From an uncultured Candidatus Saccharibacteria bacterium (GTDB lineage Bacteria; Patescibacteriota; Doudnabacteria; UBA920): a DNA stretch of 64,000 nt. The stretch covers positions 22,914 to 86,913 of the forward strand of contig CAZRKK010000003.1 in assembly GCA_964600695.1 (NCBI GenBank), written 5' to 3'. Position 1 is the stretch's first letter, and each line of letters starts with the position of its first letter. The notes beneath the pieces were generated by a model that saw nothing but the letters and a program-made list of their open reading frames with translations, was not told where the DNA came from and did not search any database. Below are positions 38,360-48,568 of this stretch, piece after piece. The translations under genes and the position numbers were made by a program.

Positions 38360-38857
38360 TTAAATTTTTTCTGAATTATTTCTGGAGGTTAGTACTAAGA
38401 CCACTCCAAGAAAAATATAAAAGTCCGCTATATTCAAAACTCCATTAAGAATAAATATATAATCTACGACATGACCAAAATAAATTCGCTCACCTAAGTT
38501 TGCTAAACCACCTGATAGGATAAAAATAAAACCAAGTCTAGATCTTGTCGCAAGATAATTCCAATGACGAACTAAATAATAACCCATGGTTGCAAAAACC
38601 AACACATACAAAATATATATTATCGTAATAGGAAAATTTAAACTGAACGCAAACTTATCATTTAAAAAAACTTGTTGGTCGTAGTGCAAAACCAAAAAAC
38701 GAATTATCTGCGTAGTTGTTAAGAGAACCAATGCGCTAAAAAAAACTTGCAAAGAAAAACCGAACGACCATTTAGATCTTTCGGTTAAATTCAAATTTGA
38801 TTGTGTGATTTCTTCGTTCACTAAATTAAATTGCTTTATCAGCCCAAGGGATTGCAC
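38360..38857 (-). CDS. lspA: Lipoprotein signal peptidase II
   Basis: SGGLANLGERIYFGHVVDYIFI...NIADFYIFLG matches the conserved C-terminal LspA motifs; four TM helices. Confidence 0.8.
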   Translation of the reverse strand: MQSLGLIKQFNLVNEEITQSNLNLTERSKWSFGFSLQVFFSALVLLTTTQIIRFLVLHYDQQVFLNDKFAFSLNFPITIIYILYVLVFATMGYYLVRHWNYLATRSRLGFIFILSGGLANLGERIYFGHVVDYIFILNGVLNIADFYIFLGVVLVLTSRNNSEKI

Positions 38858-39131
38858 GCAAACGCTCTTCAGAAATTTCTACACCATTATTATCAACTCC
38901 GTAAGTACCGGCTTCAATTTTTTCTAGAGCAGTTTCTACTTTAGCTAGATCAGCTGTCATTCTTTCGATCTGATTCTGATTAACTTCATCCATTTGTAAC
39001 TCTGTTGCGTTCTCGTCTAAATCATCACCAACTTCTGAATGCTGGGAAAGACCTGCTAAATCATTTTTTAAAGTTTCCTGTTCTGCTAACAGTTTAGCTT
39101 TCATCTCTTGAATGAATTCTTGTGATAACAT
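38826..39131 (-). CDS. DksA/TraR-like protein without the Cys4 zinc finger
   Basis: Coiled-coil N-terminus. The C-terminal YGVDNNGVEISEERLRAIPWA resembles the DksA C-terminus but all Cys are absent. It overlaps the lspA start by 32 nt. Confidence 0.5.
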   Translation of the reverse strand: MLSQEFIQEMKAKLLAEQETLKNDLAGLSQHSEVGDDLDENATELQMDEVNQNQIERMTADLAKVETALEKIEAGTYGVDNNGVEISEERLRAIPWADKAI

Positions 39132-39189
39132 ATGCGTGTCATTAATTACTCTTTTTATATATTGGTATTATACAAGCTTAGTAGAACTT

Positions 39190-39770
39190 CGCCAAGACCT
39201 GACTAATAAAATTTTACAAACAAAAAAGCGCCCCATCATGGGCCCCAAATTATAATAATGAACAGGCCTGATAGAGGCGCTATCTGAAAGCTTCCAGATA
39301 GTCGCCGCACATGCTGTAGGACCCCAACTTTTGAGATCCTAAAGCATGCGCGGTCGCTACCAACTTAATAGCTTCCAGTGTTCCGACGAGCAAGCTCGTA
39401 AGAAAGCGTCTACATTCCAATCGATGTCAAACTGCACTCCAAACTTCTCTTGTGGTCGTTAGACCTAAAACTTTTTGTTCTCTTTTTTGTTTTTGTTTTT
39501 GAAAAATTTTTGTTGCTGTTAAGGACAGCAAAGAACCTACATTGATTTTGGTTTTCATACAGCCTAGATTGGAACAGGCTATGACGAGAAGTTCAAAGGA
39601 AAGCTACCTTCAAGCACTCTAGATACTTAAAAGTGCAGATTTCCTTCGTTCAGTTTGTTTTATTTTGTTTTCAAAGGTCAGAGCTTTCTTTTACTTTTAT
39701 ATATTAGCAGATTTTTTTGCTCTTGTCAATAATTCAACTTCACCCAATTACTAATTGGCGAATAATATTT
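39190..39770 (-). ncRNA. Candidate structured non-coding RNA of unknown class (boundaries and strand uncertain)
   Basis: A ~670-bp interval with no ORF of 60 aa or longer and locally elevated GC. It contains long-range complementary segments (agtcgccgcacatgct ... agcatgcgcggtcgct) enclosing a hairpin (tagga...tccta), plus further hairpins (ttgctgt-taagga-cagcaa; cagcct-agattggaac-aggct). The minus strand ends with a GC-rich stem followed by ttttttgtttgt. Confidence 0.3.
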
Positions 39771-39804
39771 TTCTATAAATAAAAAATTGTAGTTGTCCAC
39801 ACGT

Positions 39805-41997
39805 TTAAGCTTCTAAGTCTGTGACTGAGTTGGCGACTGTGTTAGAAACAAAAATTTTTGGTAACTTTGAACCAGACAATTGTTTAAGGTTGCTTATAAA
39901 CTCGTTAAAATTTAGTATCTTAAGTAAATTTGGATACTTAGCTAGGTAGTTTGCTAATAAAGATTTTACATATGGGTGGCTCTGGTCTGTATTTGGCCAG
40001 GCTAAATATATTACCGCCCCACTTGGTGCAGAATACTTCTGTTTATTTATAAATTGGCTGGTCGCAAGCAATAATGCATTAGGGAAAATACGAAAATTCC
40101 TAAAAATTTTGTTTCCACTACCAGAATATTCCTGTGCAAAGAGCTTGTAGTTATTAGACAGTTCAATGTAGTGATCTTTGTAAAAAGTTTTTGCACCAGT
40201 TGGTCCACTAAAGACTACAACAGCAGGAAAGTTATCTGAACCTATGTCTTGTAGCGCTGAGTGTGGGAATGCCAAATCGAAATTAATGGTCTTTGGTGAA
40301 ACAGAAATGTAATTGTTAATATTCTCGGCAATCTCGGTATTAATTCCTAAGCGTTCGGCTAAATAAAAAAGTAAATTCTTTTCTGTGAGAGTATCTGTGA
40401 ACTTAACTGATTTATAGTTGCTATACAATTTTAGAGCAATGTCTCTAATTTCTATTGGCTGACCATGCAAAGTAACGTTCTCATCGGCCAACTCGATCCA
40501 TTTAACCATATTCTCTTGTTGCTCGAAAAATCTATTAAGGTTATTAGCCAACCTTAAAATAGAGTCGAAACCCTTTGCCTCAGACAAAGTCTGAAGCCTT
40601 GCGGTAAGATTGGCTGCAGCCTGGTTTAGTCTATTATAGAACACTCCATACTTCTCTTCTAATTCATCCATTGCAATATAATCTAAATCCTTAAGGTTGC
40701 GACGTAAAGTAAGTTGAACCAAACCAAAGAATAAATCTACACTTCCTAATAATTCGATTACTTGTTTTTTAAACTTCTGTTGTCCTAAATCTGTTTCTGG
40801 ATTGTAAATTGATTTCAAAATGTAATTGAATGTGTGCCAGCTAATTCGCTCTGTACTATTATGAGTTAAGAAGTATTCAAACTTTTGCAAATCACAAACT
40901 AACAAAGATCGATCTGGTTCCAAAGAACCTTCAGTCAAATTTATAAGTGTTCGAAAATCACAAGCTATAATTCTGCTTGCACTAGATTCATAATCACCAC
41001 CAGTAATATAATTTTTAAACTGACCGCCAAAGAATGATAAGTTTAAATCTAGAATTGTTTTGGTTTGCCAGTTGGTATGTAACCACACTAAAATTTTCAA
41101 AATAAAACGATACTCTTCGGAAGATTGTGCAGAAAATTTAAACTGTTCAAAGTTTTCTTTATCAAATAAATCTTTTGTTTCAAACACACCTTCCACTAAA
41201 CCTGCTTGCCATAATTTAATAACTTCTTGTTTACTTTGCATGACTAACAACCAACGACCATCTTGATCTTGCAAAGAGTTTGCTACGCGTGATTCATGTA
41301 AAAAATGTTTGTCGTCAATTATAACTTCTTGATCTAAAGAAATAAGTTTATCTTCTGCTAGCTGATTATGCGAAAGAGAATCATTGGCTTCGATTGTGTG
41401 ATTAGAAATTTTTAAGTTTAATAAGCTAGCCCATTCAAATTGACCCTTGTCTAAAAACTCACGCAATTCTGTTTTTAATTCATCAGAAAAATTATTATGA
41501 ATTGCAATCATTTTTTCTAACAAAGAAATTGTGGAAAGACAATCGGCTAATGCACGATGACTATCTTTATGCTCTATGCCAAAATAGTGCATTAAATTTT
41601 CGAGGTTATAACTATGATGAGTTGGTAATAAAAATTGTACTAACTCTAAAGTATCAATATACTTTCCAGAAAGTTTAACACCTGCAAGTTCCAAAAATTT
41701 AATATCCAAAGTCGGGTTGTGTGCAACGATGATTGCATCCTGTAGCTTGTCTGATAGAAAATCCTTAAACTCACCTATTGAGGGTGCCACATCAATTTCC
41801 TCTTGAGTAATTCCTGTTAGGCCTAAAATCTTTTGGTGCACTTCGATGGTGGGTTTAAAAACTTGTGACCAAGATTCTGTAGTAACCAGCCCGTCGTCAG
41901 ATACATCAAAAAAGGCAAATCCAATTTCTAAGATTTGTTCCTTTTCTGGGTCAAACCCAGTAAATTCAAGATCTATACTGCAATATTTTTGGTTCAT
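39805..41997 (-). CDS. DEDDh 3'-5' exonuclease (DnaQ/epsilon-like) domain fused to a ~530-aa uncharacterised C-terminal region
   Basis: Exo I: CSIDLEFTGFDPEKEQILEIGFAFFDV. Exo II: IVAHNPTLDIKFL. Exo III: HRALADCLSTISLL. No helicase or polymerase motifs were found in the C-terminal region. Confidence 0.65.
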   Translation of the reverse strand: MNQKYCSIDLEFTGFDPEKEQILEIGFAFFDVSDDGLVTTESWSQVFKPTIEVHQKILGLTGITQEEIDVAPSIGEFKDFLSDKLQDAIIVAHNPTLDIKFLELAGVKLSGKYIDTLELVQFLLPTHHSYNLENLMHYFGIEHKDSHRALADCLSTISLLEKMIAIHNNFSDELKTELREFLDKGQFEWASLLNLKISNHTIEANDSLSHNQLAEDKLISLDQEVIIDDKHFLHESRVANSLQDQDGRWLLVMQSKQEVIKLWQAGLVEGVFETKDLFDKENFEQFKFSAQSSEEYRFILKILVWLHTNWQTKTILDLNLSFFGGQFKNYITGGDYESSASRIIACDFRTLINLTEGSLEPDRSLLVCDLQKFEYFLTHNSTERISWHTFNYILKSIYNPETDLGQQKFKKQVIELLGSVDLFFGLVQLTLRRNLKDLDYIAMDELEEKYGVFYNRLNQAAANLTARLQTLSEAKGFDSILRLANNLNRFFEQQENMVKWIELADENVTLHGQPIEIRDIALKLYSNYKSVKFTDTLTEKNLLFYLAERLGINTEIAENINNYISVSPKTINFDLAFPHSALQDIGSDNFPAVVVFSGPTGAKTFYKDHYIELSNNYKLFAQEYSGSGNKIFRNFRIFPNALLLATSQFINKQKYSAPSGAVIYLAWPNTDQSHPYVKSLLANYLAKYPNLLKILNFNEFISNLKQLSGSKLPKIFVSNTVANSVTDLEA

Positions 41998-42068
41998 GTA
42001 TCTATATTATAGAGTAAATAGTAATTAAGGGCTAAAAGAAAAACCGAGAGTTACTCGGTTTGTAATCA

Positions 42069-42698
42069 TTAGAGAAAATTCTCTAACAAAGCTCTGGCTT
42101 TACGAAATGCGATCCCGCGGTGGGATATCTTATTTTCTTCGCTTGGTGTCATTTGGGCGAAGACCTTATTTGACCCATCTGGGACAAATATAGGACTATA
42201 AGGCATCATTGGTTGAGGTTTAACTCTTGGATGACGCAAGATCTTGCCTGTGACCTCTCCGGTGACAATCACTTCTTCACCTTTTGGGGAGATTATCACC
42301 ACTGCAGCCACAAACTTGGCGTCTCGATTATGACTTTCCCTAAGTTGGTCGAGAGTATAATGAGTAATCTCCTCAGTGGTTTTACCTTCTCCAGCCCAGC
42401 GAGTAGCTTTGATACCTGGCTGGCCGTCTAAGGCATTTATATATAAACCGGTGTCGTCCGAAATTATCCAATAGCGTTTCTGCGACTTCAACTTATTAAA
42501 AGCATGAAGTGCTTTTAACATCGCGTTCTCTTCCAAAGTCTCTCCACTTTCTTCGACTTCGCCTTCTATACCAACATCATCTAAAGAATAAACTTTGAAC
42601 GATGCGGAACGGAAGAAAGCCTTAAACTGATCGAGCTTGGAAGGATTTCTTGAAGCAAATACAATCTCCATTTTCTTCTCCTTAAAATTGATTTTCAC
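42069..42698 (-). CDS. rdgB: Non-canonical purine NTP pyrophosphatase (RdgB/Ham1 family); the likely start is the MEIV Met at about 42671
   Basis: IVFASRNPSKLDQFKAFF...TGLYINALDGQPGIKATRWAG...FVAAVVIISPKGEE...ISHRGIAFRKA. Confidence 0.85.
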   Translation of the reverse strand: MKINFKEKKMEIVFASRNPSKLDQFKAFFRSASFKVYSLDDVGIEGEVEESGETLEENAMLKALHAFNKLKSQKRYWIISDDTGLYINALDGQPGIKATRWAGEGKTTEEITHYTLDQLRESHNRDAKFVAAVVIISPKGEEVIVTGEVTGKILRHPRVKPQPMMPYSPIFVPDGSNKVFAQMTPSEENKISHRGIAFRKARALLENFL

Positions 42699-42761
42699 TG
42701 ACTACAAATACTACCAAAAAATAAACCCCGAGTCAACCCGGGGTTTATTTAGCAACTAGTA

Positions 42762-43838
42762 CTATTCTTCAGAATCTTCTTCGTCATCACTAGCAGAAAG
42801 TTTTGTAGGAACTACATCGCCTGCCAATAACTTATCTCGCAATTCTTGATCGGCCTGTTTAAATACTTCTGGATTTTCTTTTAGGAAAGTTTTTGCTGTT
42901 TCGCGGCCAACTCCAAGTTTAATATCACCTAGAGAATAAGAGTTACCGCTCTTGGAAATTACTCCCATCAAAATTCCTGTGTCGAGAACATCACCTGCGG
43001 CAGAAATACCTTCGTTATACATAATATCAAACTCAGCAACTTTGAATGGAGGAGCGACTTTATTTTTTACAACCTTAGCTTTTGTTCTGTTACCAATAAT
43101 CTTATCGCCATTTTTAATCTGAGCACTTCTACGAATTTCGATACGCACAGATGCATAAAACTTTAATGCGTTTCCACCAGTGGTGGTTTCTGGATTACCA
43201 AACATTACACCAATCTTCATACGAATCTGGTTAATGAAGATTACTGTAGTATGAGTTTTAGAAATGATTCCTGTTAACTTTCGCAATGCCTGACTCATCA
43301 ATCTAGCTTGCAAACCCATATGAGAAGCACCCATTTCACCTTCAATTTCTGCACGAGGGGTTAGCGCCGCTACGGAGTCGATTACAATTAAATCGAGAGC
43401 GTTACTACGTACTAAAGTTTCTGCGATATCTAAAGCTTGTTCACCACTATCCGGTTGCGCTACTAATAGTTCCTCTAACTGCACGCCAATCCTTTTTGCA
43501 TATTCTGGATCTAATGCATGCTCTGCATCAATGAAAGCTGCTTGGCCACCCTTTTTCTGAACTTCAGCAATCATATGCAAAGTTAAAGTTGTTTTACCAG
43601 AACTTTCTGGTCCATAGATTTCTACAATTCTACCTTTTGGAATACCCCCTACTCCCAAAGCCATGTCTAAACTAATGCTACCAGTTGGGATAGATTCAAC
43701 ATTTAATTTTTGATTGTCGGCAATTTTCATAATACTACCTTCACCAAACTTCTCACGAATTTGATCGATTGCACTATCAATGGCTCCGGCTCGACCAGAG
43801 ACATCTACAGTTTTTTTTGCTTTTTCTTTCTTAGCCAT
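42762..43838 (-). CDS. recA: Recombinase RecA
   Basis: [64 protein letters not shown]. Confidence 0.95.
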   Translation of the reverse strand: MAKKEKAKKTVDVSGRAGAIDSAIDQIREKFGEGSIMKIADNQKLNVESIPTGSISLDMALGVGGIPKGRIVEIYGPESSGKTTLTLHMIAEVQKKGGQAAFIDAEHALDPEYAKRIGVQLEELLVAQPDSGEQALDIAETLVRSNALDLIVIDSVAALTPRAEIEGEMGASHMGLQARLMSQALRKLTGIISKTHTTVIFINQIRMKIGVMFGNPETTTGGNALKFYASVRIEIRRSAQIKNGDKIIGNRTKAKVVKNKVAPPFKVAEFDIMYNEGISAAGDVLDTGILMGVISKSGNSYSLGDIKLGVGRETAKTFLKENPEVFKQADQELRDKLLAGDVVPTKLSASDDEEDSEE

Positions 43839-43862
43839 ATATATAGTTAGTTAATTACAATT

Positions 43863-44837
43863 CTACTTATTATTTAAAAGTTCATTAGCATCTTTTCCAA
43901 AAGGAACTGTCATGGATTGTCCAACTTTTCCAAGTATCCCCATTTTCTTTCCATTGAAAGTAACCTCGGTATTTCCAGCATCACTTGTTGTGAGCTCGAT
44001 TCCTTCTTGGGCAATAATTTTTTTAGTGACACCACTGGGAACAATTTCTTCTGATAAATTTTGACCATCTCTTTTAACAAAGATAGTAGTGAGCTTATTA
44101 AATTTTAATTCCAATATTAATTCAGAGGGTTGAGTAGTTACTTCACCTGCTACTTTCGGTGTGTCATCTATTCGCAAAGAAACTAATTCTGCCTTTTCTT
44201 TTCCAAAACGATTTGTGGCCACAAATCGAAAATCTTTTTGCCCTGGTGCGACACCAAGTGTAGTTTCGAAACTACCATCACTTTGAACCAAAACGATTTG
44301 TTCGTTTACAGTAACCGTAATGCCTGGTTCAGTCTTGCCCCTTACCAACACCGAACTGCCTTGCAAGACTGTGTCTGCTTTCGGCTCTATTATAGTCAAA
44401 GCCGGTGTATGGTTTACAGAAAGAACTTGAAACAAAACGTAGACAAAAGCTCCTAGACCTAAGACAGCACCAGAGGCAATTGTGAGGAAAGCGGGGGTAA
44501 TCGATATTTGAGAGACTAGCGATCTCCAGCCTTTTGGAGGAGTAATTCGTTCACGAAAAGTTTGCAAATTAACATTTTTCTCCTTTTTAAACTGTTCTGT
44601 AATATCTTCACAAGAAATTCTATAAAGTTCAGCTAATTTCTTTAAAAACCCTAAAACGTATACATCCGGTGGTAAAACCTGATATTTACCTTCTTCTAAA
44701 GAAACAATGAATTTTTCGAAAATCCCTGTTTTTTGAGCCACTTCTTCTATTCCTAAACCTAAATGTTGACGAATAGAGTAAAGGTATTCACCTAAAGTTT
44801 CCTGGGCTACTTTTTTTGTTTCAAATCCTTCTGACAT
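43863..44837 (-). CDS. rodZ: RodZ-like membrane protein with an N-terminal HTH (XRE-type)
   Basis: LGEYLYSIRQHLGLGIEEVAQKTGIFEKFIVSLEEGKYQVLP is an HTH. A single TM segment (AFLTIASGAVLGLGAFVYVLF) and an extracytoplasmic C-terminal domain follow. Confidence 0.6.
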   Translation of the reverse strand: MSEGFETKKVAQETLGEYLYSIRQHLGLGIEEVAQKTGIFEKFIVSLEEGKYQVLPPDVYVLGFLKKLAELYRISCEDITEQFKKEKNVNLQTFRERITPPKGWRSLVSQISITPAFLTIASGAVLGLGAFVYVLFQVLSVNHTPALTIIEPKADTVLQGSSVLVRGKTEPGITVTVNEQIVLVQSDGSFETTLGVAPGQKDFRFVATNRFGKEKAELVSLRIDDTPKVAGEVTTQPSELILELKFNKLTTIFVKRDGQNLSEEIVPSGVTKKIIAQEGIELTTSDAGNTEVTFNGKKMGILGKVGQSMTVPFGKDANELLNNK

Positions 44838-44972
44838 ATCTATTATATTACCACAGACTTAAAATCCCGTTCAATTTTACCCAAGTTTTTCTTCAATTTT
44901 TACTGAATTTTTCCTCGAGGGATAAAATAAAAAAGCAGAGACGAATCTCTGCTTAACCTAACTGGTTACAAT

Positions 44973-46073
44973 CTACAAGCTTTCTGGGTACATCTGAAGC
45001 CATTTTTCTTTAAAGAACCATTGCGGAACAAAGCTACCTTCCAACTTTCCTTCCTTTTCTAATGTCCGATATTCCCAAACCACATTCTGCTCACTCCCCC
45101 GAGCTCCGTGTTCTAAATTTTGATTCCGGACGTTGAGGGCGTATTCATAAGGTGAATTAAACCCACCAGAAACTTCCATAAACCAACCATTTAAGTTTAA
45201 GGCGGAAGCTAGAGCATTATATATTTCTTCAACACCTTTTGCCGAAAGAATATGGAAGCAATTGACGTCCATAGAAAGAGTTTTACCTTCGGCATAGAAT
45301 GGATGCTTCATTGGTCCCCATGTAGAGCTCGACATACGACCACTCACTGCTTCTGTCCGTGCCTCCTCTGGACTATACAAGTAATCAATGGTCTTGGATT
45401 GGATATAACTATCAGTGGAACCATTAATGAGACCATGGCGCTTAGCTCCAGAATAGCAAGGATGGTAAACCGGAGTTGTATGCAGATTACTATCTCTTAG
45501 CCTGCCATCGTAGGGCTGATCCACACATTTCCAAATCTTAAAGATATGATCACTCTCTAAAGAAAACTTCACCAGAAAAGAATCCAATGGGAGAAGTCGA
45601 GCACCGCGTTCCATAATCTCAGCTTTTACGACTACGTCGTACTTTGTAAGGATTTTGGAAGTCGCATGAGCAAGTGCTGCCTGTCGGCTATCAAACTGAA
45701 CGTCGATGAATTCGACTTTGTTTCCGTCTGTAACAATCTCCGTGATTGCTTTTTGTGATAGCTTTTTAACTTCTGCTGGGATCTGATCGAAGTTCATAGC
45801 TCTGTTAGACTCGTTAATATTGGCAGGGTGAACAGTTCTTGCGAACCTCCGAAGCGATTCGCTCAGGTAAAAGCATCGATCATTTTGATAAGTCAGTGCA
45901 TGCCACAGGCAAAGTTGTGATATTTCCAGTCGTTTAGTTTTGTCTTGAGTCCAAAACAAAACCTTCTCAACTTCGTATCTATAGTTCATGACAAAGCAAC
46001 CTATTATTAGTCCGTCAGAATCTCTAATTTCCCAAATTCGCATACTCAAATGATGGGTTGATAATGTAGACAT
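44973..46073 (-). CDS. Hypothetical cytoplasmic protein (366 aa), no recognisable domain
   Basis: Long ORF with a strong RBS (minus-strand TTAGGAGGAAATAAATG) and its own flanking terminators. Amino-acid composition differs from neighbours (rich in Arg/His/Trp). Confidence 0.5.
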   Translation of the reverse strand: MSTLSTHHLSMRIWEIRDSDGLIIGCFVMNYRYEVEKVLFWTQDKTKRLEISQLCLWHALTYQNDRCFYLSESLRRFARTVHPANINESNRAMNFDQIPAEVKKLSQKAITEIVTDGNKVEFIDVQFDSRQAALAHATSKILTKYDVVVKAEIMERGARLLPLDSFLVKFSLESDHIFKIWKCVDQPYDGRLRDSNLHTTPVYHPCYSGAKRHGLINGSTDSYIQSKTIDYLYSPEEARTEAVSGRMSSSTWGPMKHPFYAEGKTLSMDVNCFHILSAKGVEEIYNALASALNLNGWFMEVSGGFNSPYEYALNVRNQNLEHGARGSEQNVVWEYRTLEKEGKLEGSFVPQWFFKEKWLQMYPESL

Positions 46074-46137
46074 TTATTTCCTCCTAAAAAATATTTCCCA
46101 AAGTATATCACAAAAACCTATATTAGTCAATAATAAA

Positions 46138-46165
46138 ACCCCTTTAAACAAGGGGTTTTAAATGA
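46138..46165 (-). terminator. Terminator after ftsK
   Basis: aaaaccccttgtttaaaggggtttt followed by attatt on the minus strand. Confidence 0.5.
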
Positions 46166-46177
46166 ATTAACTTAGTT

Positions 46178-48430
46178 TTATAAATCCTGATCTTCGGCTC
46201 CGTACTCCGCGCGCTCTCCGTCTGATACACCATAAACTTCACGAGGCTTTGCACCATCGGCAGGACCAACTACTCCTTGGTCTTCTAAAATATCTAGCAA
46301 GCGAGCAGCGCGAGCATAACCAATTCGCAATCGACGTTGTAGTAATGATGCCGAAGCTTTGCCTGCGCGAGTGACTTCTTCTTTGGCTTCGTTGTAAAGT
46401 TCATCATCTCCAGCACCTTCACCATTACCCATACCTGGTAAACCTAAACTTCGTTGTGGCTTTTCTGTAATATCTTCACTATATATTACAGCACCAGCTT
46501 GTTGTTTGAAGAAATCAACTACTTTATGAATTTCTTTTTCCACTATATATGTACCTTGAATACGTCGAGGCTTGGCAGATTCAGCAGTAACGAATAGCAT
46601 ATCACCATTACCTAATAACTTTTCTGCACCAGCTGCATCTAAAATAGTTCTACTATCAATTTGACTTGGTAGCTTGAATGCGATTCTAGTCGAGACATTA
46701 GCTTTGATCAAACCAGTAATAATTTCTGTGCTTGGACGCTGAGTAGCTAACACTAAATGGATACCTACGGCACGAGATAAAGATGCTAACTTTACAATCG
46801 CTGCTTCTACATCCTGTTTATTAGCCGCCATTAAGTTTGCTAATTCATCTACCACTACTACTATATATGGTAACTTCAATTCTGATTTTTCGTTGTACTC
46901 ATCAATATTTCTTTTTCCAACAGCCGCCACTAATTTATAACGTCGTTCCATTTCTGCTACAACCCACTTTAGAGCATTGATGGCTTTGTCTACATCAGTG
47001 ATAGCAGGAGTTAACAAATGAGGAATTCCATTATATGGAGTAAGTTCTACATGTTTTGGATCTACAAAAATAAATTTTACATCTTGAGGAGTATTTCTGT
47101 ATAACAACGAAACAATTAAACTGTTAATCGCAACGCTTTTACCAGAACCAGTTGTACCAGCTATTAATAGATGAGGCATTTTACCCAAATCAACAATATT
47201 TGGACGACCAGCTACATCACGTCCTAACGCAATCGCTAATTTACTCTTATGATTAACGAAGTCAGAAGTTTGCATAACTTCACGTAAAGTAACGTTGGCT
47301 TTAACTTTGTTTGGAACTTCTATCCCCACCAAGGCTTTTCCAGGAATTGGCAATTCCATACGTAACGACTGCGCAGCCAAAGCCAAGGCTAAGTTACTCT
47401 GTAAAGAAGAGATCTGAGCCAGTTTTACACCAGGCGCTGGAGCGAAAGTGTATTGAGTAACTGTTGGTCCTACATTGACTTCACCCATCTCTACTTTGAT
47501 ACCAAAGTCACTTAGAGTTTTTTGGATTAAGGCAACATTAGCTTCGATATCTCCAGAATCAACTTTACTCTTATTTTCTTCTAATAAATCAAATAAAGGT
47601 AACTTCCAATCTTTACGGTCCTCCAAAATAATTGATTCCATTGTTGAAGCTTCTAGATCTGCTTTACTTGGCTTACCTGTGGTTAAATTTACTACTGGAT
47701 CCGACTCTTCTAAACTACCCTCTTCATCTAAGTCACTGTGATCGGAATCACCTGCAACAACTTGTTCGTTAAGTGCGTTAATTTTTAACTCTGCGACTTT
47801 CGTCTCTAAATCTAATTCTTTTTTCTTCTGCCAAAACTTTAACTGAGTAAAGTTAAAGGCAATTAAAATTCCAATTATTAAGATACCTAAAATGATGAGT
47901 CCGCCTGCCCAAAAACCCAAAGAGCCAATTAAAGGAGCTGCGAACAAAGCACCTAGATAACCACCTGCTTTACCTTCACTAGCTAAAGCAAAAGCGGTTT
48001 GTGTTTCACTCATCGAAACAGCATGAATCAATCCAGCTGCTCCACCTGTGAGTAAAAACACACCAACATAAGTTTTGGCGTAAGGATGTGTTTCTACTTC
48101 CTCTTCTTCTTCATTATCACGAGAGTCTTTTCCATCCACGGCAACCATCTTAGGTTTAGACTGAAAAAGAATCCAAGCGATTAACAAAAATAGTAATGGT
48201 GTTAAATAAACCATTACTCCAAAAAGCATTCCTAAAATTTTGAATATAAACTGTCCTAAAACCCCAGCTGTGCCAATTAAACTTAACGCAACCACGCCTG
48301 CCAAAACTATAAATACAATTATGGAGATACTACGTTTTGTTTCTTGAGCTAAATTTAATTTTGGAGCCTTTAGCTTACTAACTGTTTCTTCTTCTTGTCT
48401 CTTAGTATATTTTCTTTTGGTTCTAGCCAT
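46178..48430 (-). CDS. ftsK: DNA translocase FtsK/SpoIIIE
   Basis: N-terminal TM helices. Motor domain: GTTGSGKSVAINSLIVSLLYRN, HLVLATQRPSTEIITGLIKANVSTRIAFKLPSQIDSRTIL. C-terminal gamma domain: LLQRRLRIGYARAARLLDILEDQGVVGP. Confidence 0.9.
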   Translation of the reverse strand: MARTKRKYTKRQEEETVSKLKAPKLNLAQETKRSISIIVFIVLAGVVALSLIGTAGVLGQFIFKILGMLFGVMVYLTPLLFLLIAWILFQSKPKMVAVDGKDSRDNEEEEEVETHPYAKTYVGVFLLTGGAAGLIHAVSMSETQTAFALASEGKAGGYLGALFAAPLIGSLGFWAGGLIILGILIIGILIAFNFTQLKFWQKKKELDLETKVAELKINALNEQVVAGDSDHSDLDEEGSLEESDPVVNLTTGKPSKADLEASTMESIILEDRKDWKLPLFDLLEENKSKVDSGDIEANVALIQKTLSDFGIKVEMGEVNVGPTVTQYTFAPAPGVKLAQISSLQSNLALALAAQSLRMELPIPGKALVGIEVPNKVKANVTLREVMQTSDFVNHKSKLAIALGRDVAGRPNIVDLGKMPHLLIAGTTGSGKSVAINSLIVSLLYRNTPQDVKFIFVDPKHVELTPYNGIPHLLTPAITDVDKAINALKWVVAEMERRYKLVAAVGKRNIDEYNEKSELKLPYIVVVVDELANLMAANKQDVEAAIVKLASLSRAVGIHLVLATQRPSTEIITGLIKANVSTRIAFKLPSQIDSRTILDAAGAEKLLGNGDMLFVTAESAKPRRIQGTYIVEKEIHKVVDFFKQQAGAVIYSEDITEKPQRSLGLPGMGNGEGAGDDELYNEAKEEVTRAGKASASLLQRRLRIGYARAARLLDILEDQGVVGPADGAKPREVYGVSDGERAEYGAEDQDL

Positions 48431-48523
48431 AATTTCTGTTTCACTATATATTGAATGTTAAAATCACTTTAAATTATAGCATATTTAGAGTGTTTTGTCA
48501 CGTTGAGTTTTTATTATTTTGCA

Positions 48524-48553
48524 TTCAAAAAAAGCACACTGATTAGTGTGCGT
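48524..48553 (-). terminator. Terminator after the hsp20 gene
   Basis: gcacact-gatta-gtgtgc with T-run/A-run flanks. Confidence 0.5.
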
Positions 48554-48568
48554 TTTTGCATTATAGTA

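Noticed and set aside
39132-39804. RNase P RNA, tmRNA or SRP RNA identity for the structured spacer
   Set aside because: I searched by eye on both strands for the P4 consensus (AGGAAAGUCCGG / ACAGAAxCCGGCUUA), a tmRNA tRNA-like 3' end (GGUUCGAxUCC...CCACCA), the Ala-Ala-stop tag, and SRP domain IV (GGAAGCAGCC). None is present. Only a short GTCAGGTC match occurs. The class is left open.
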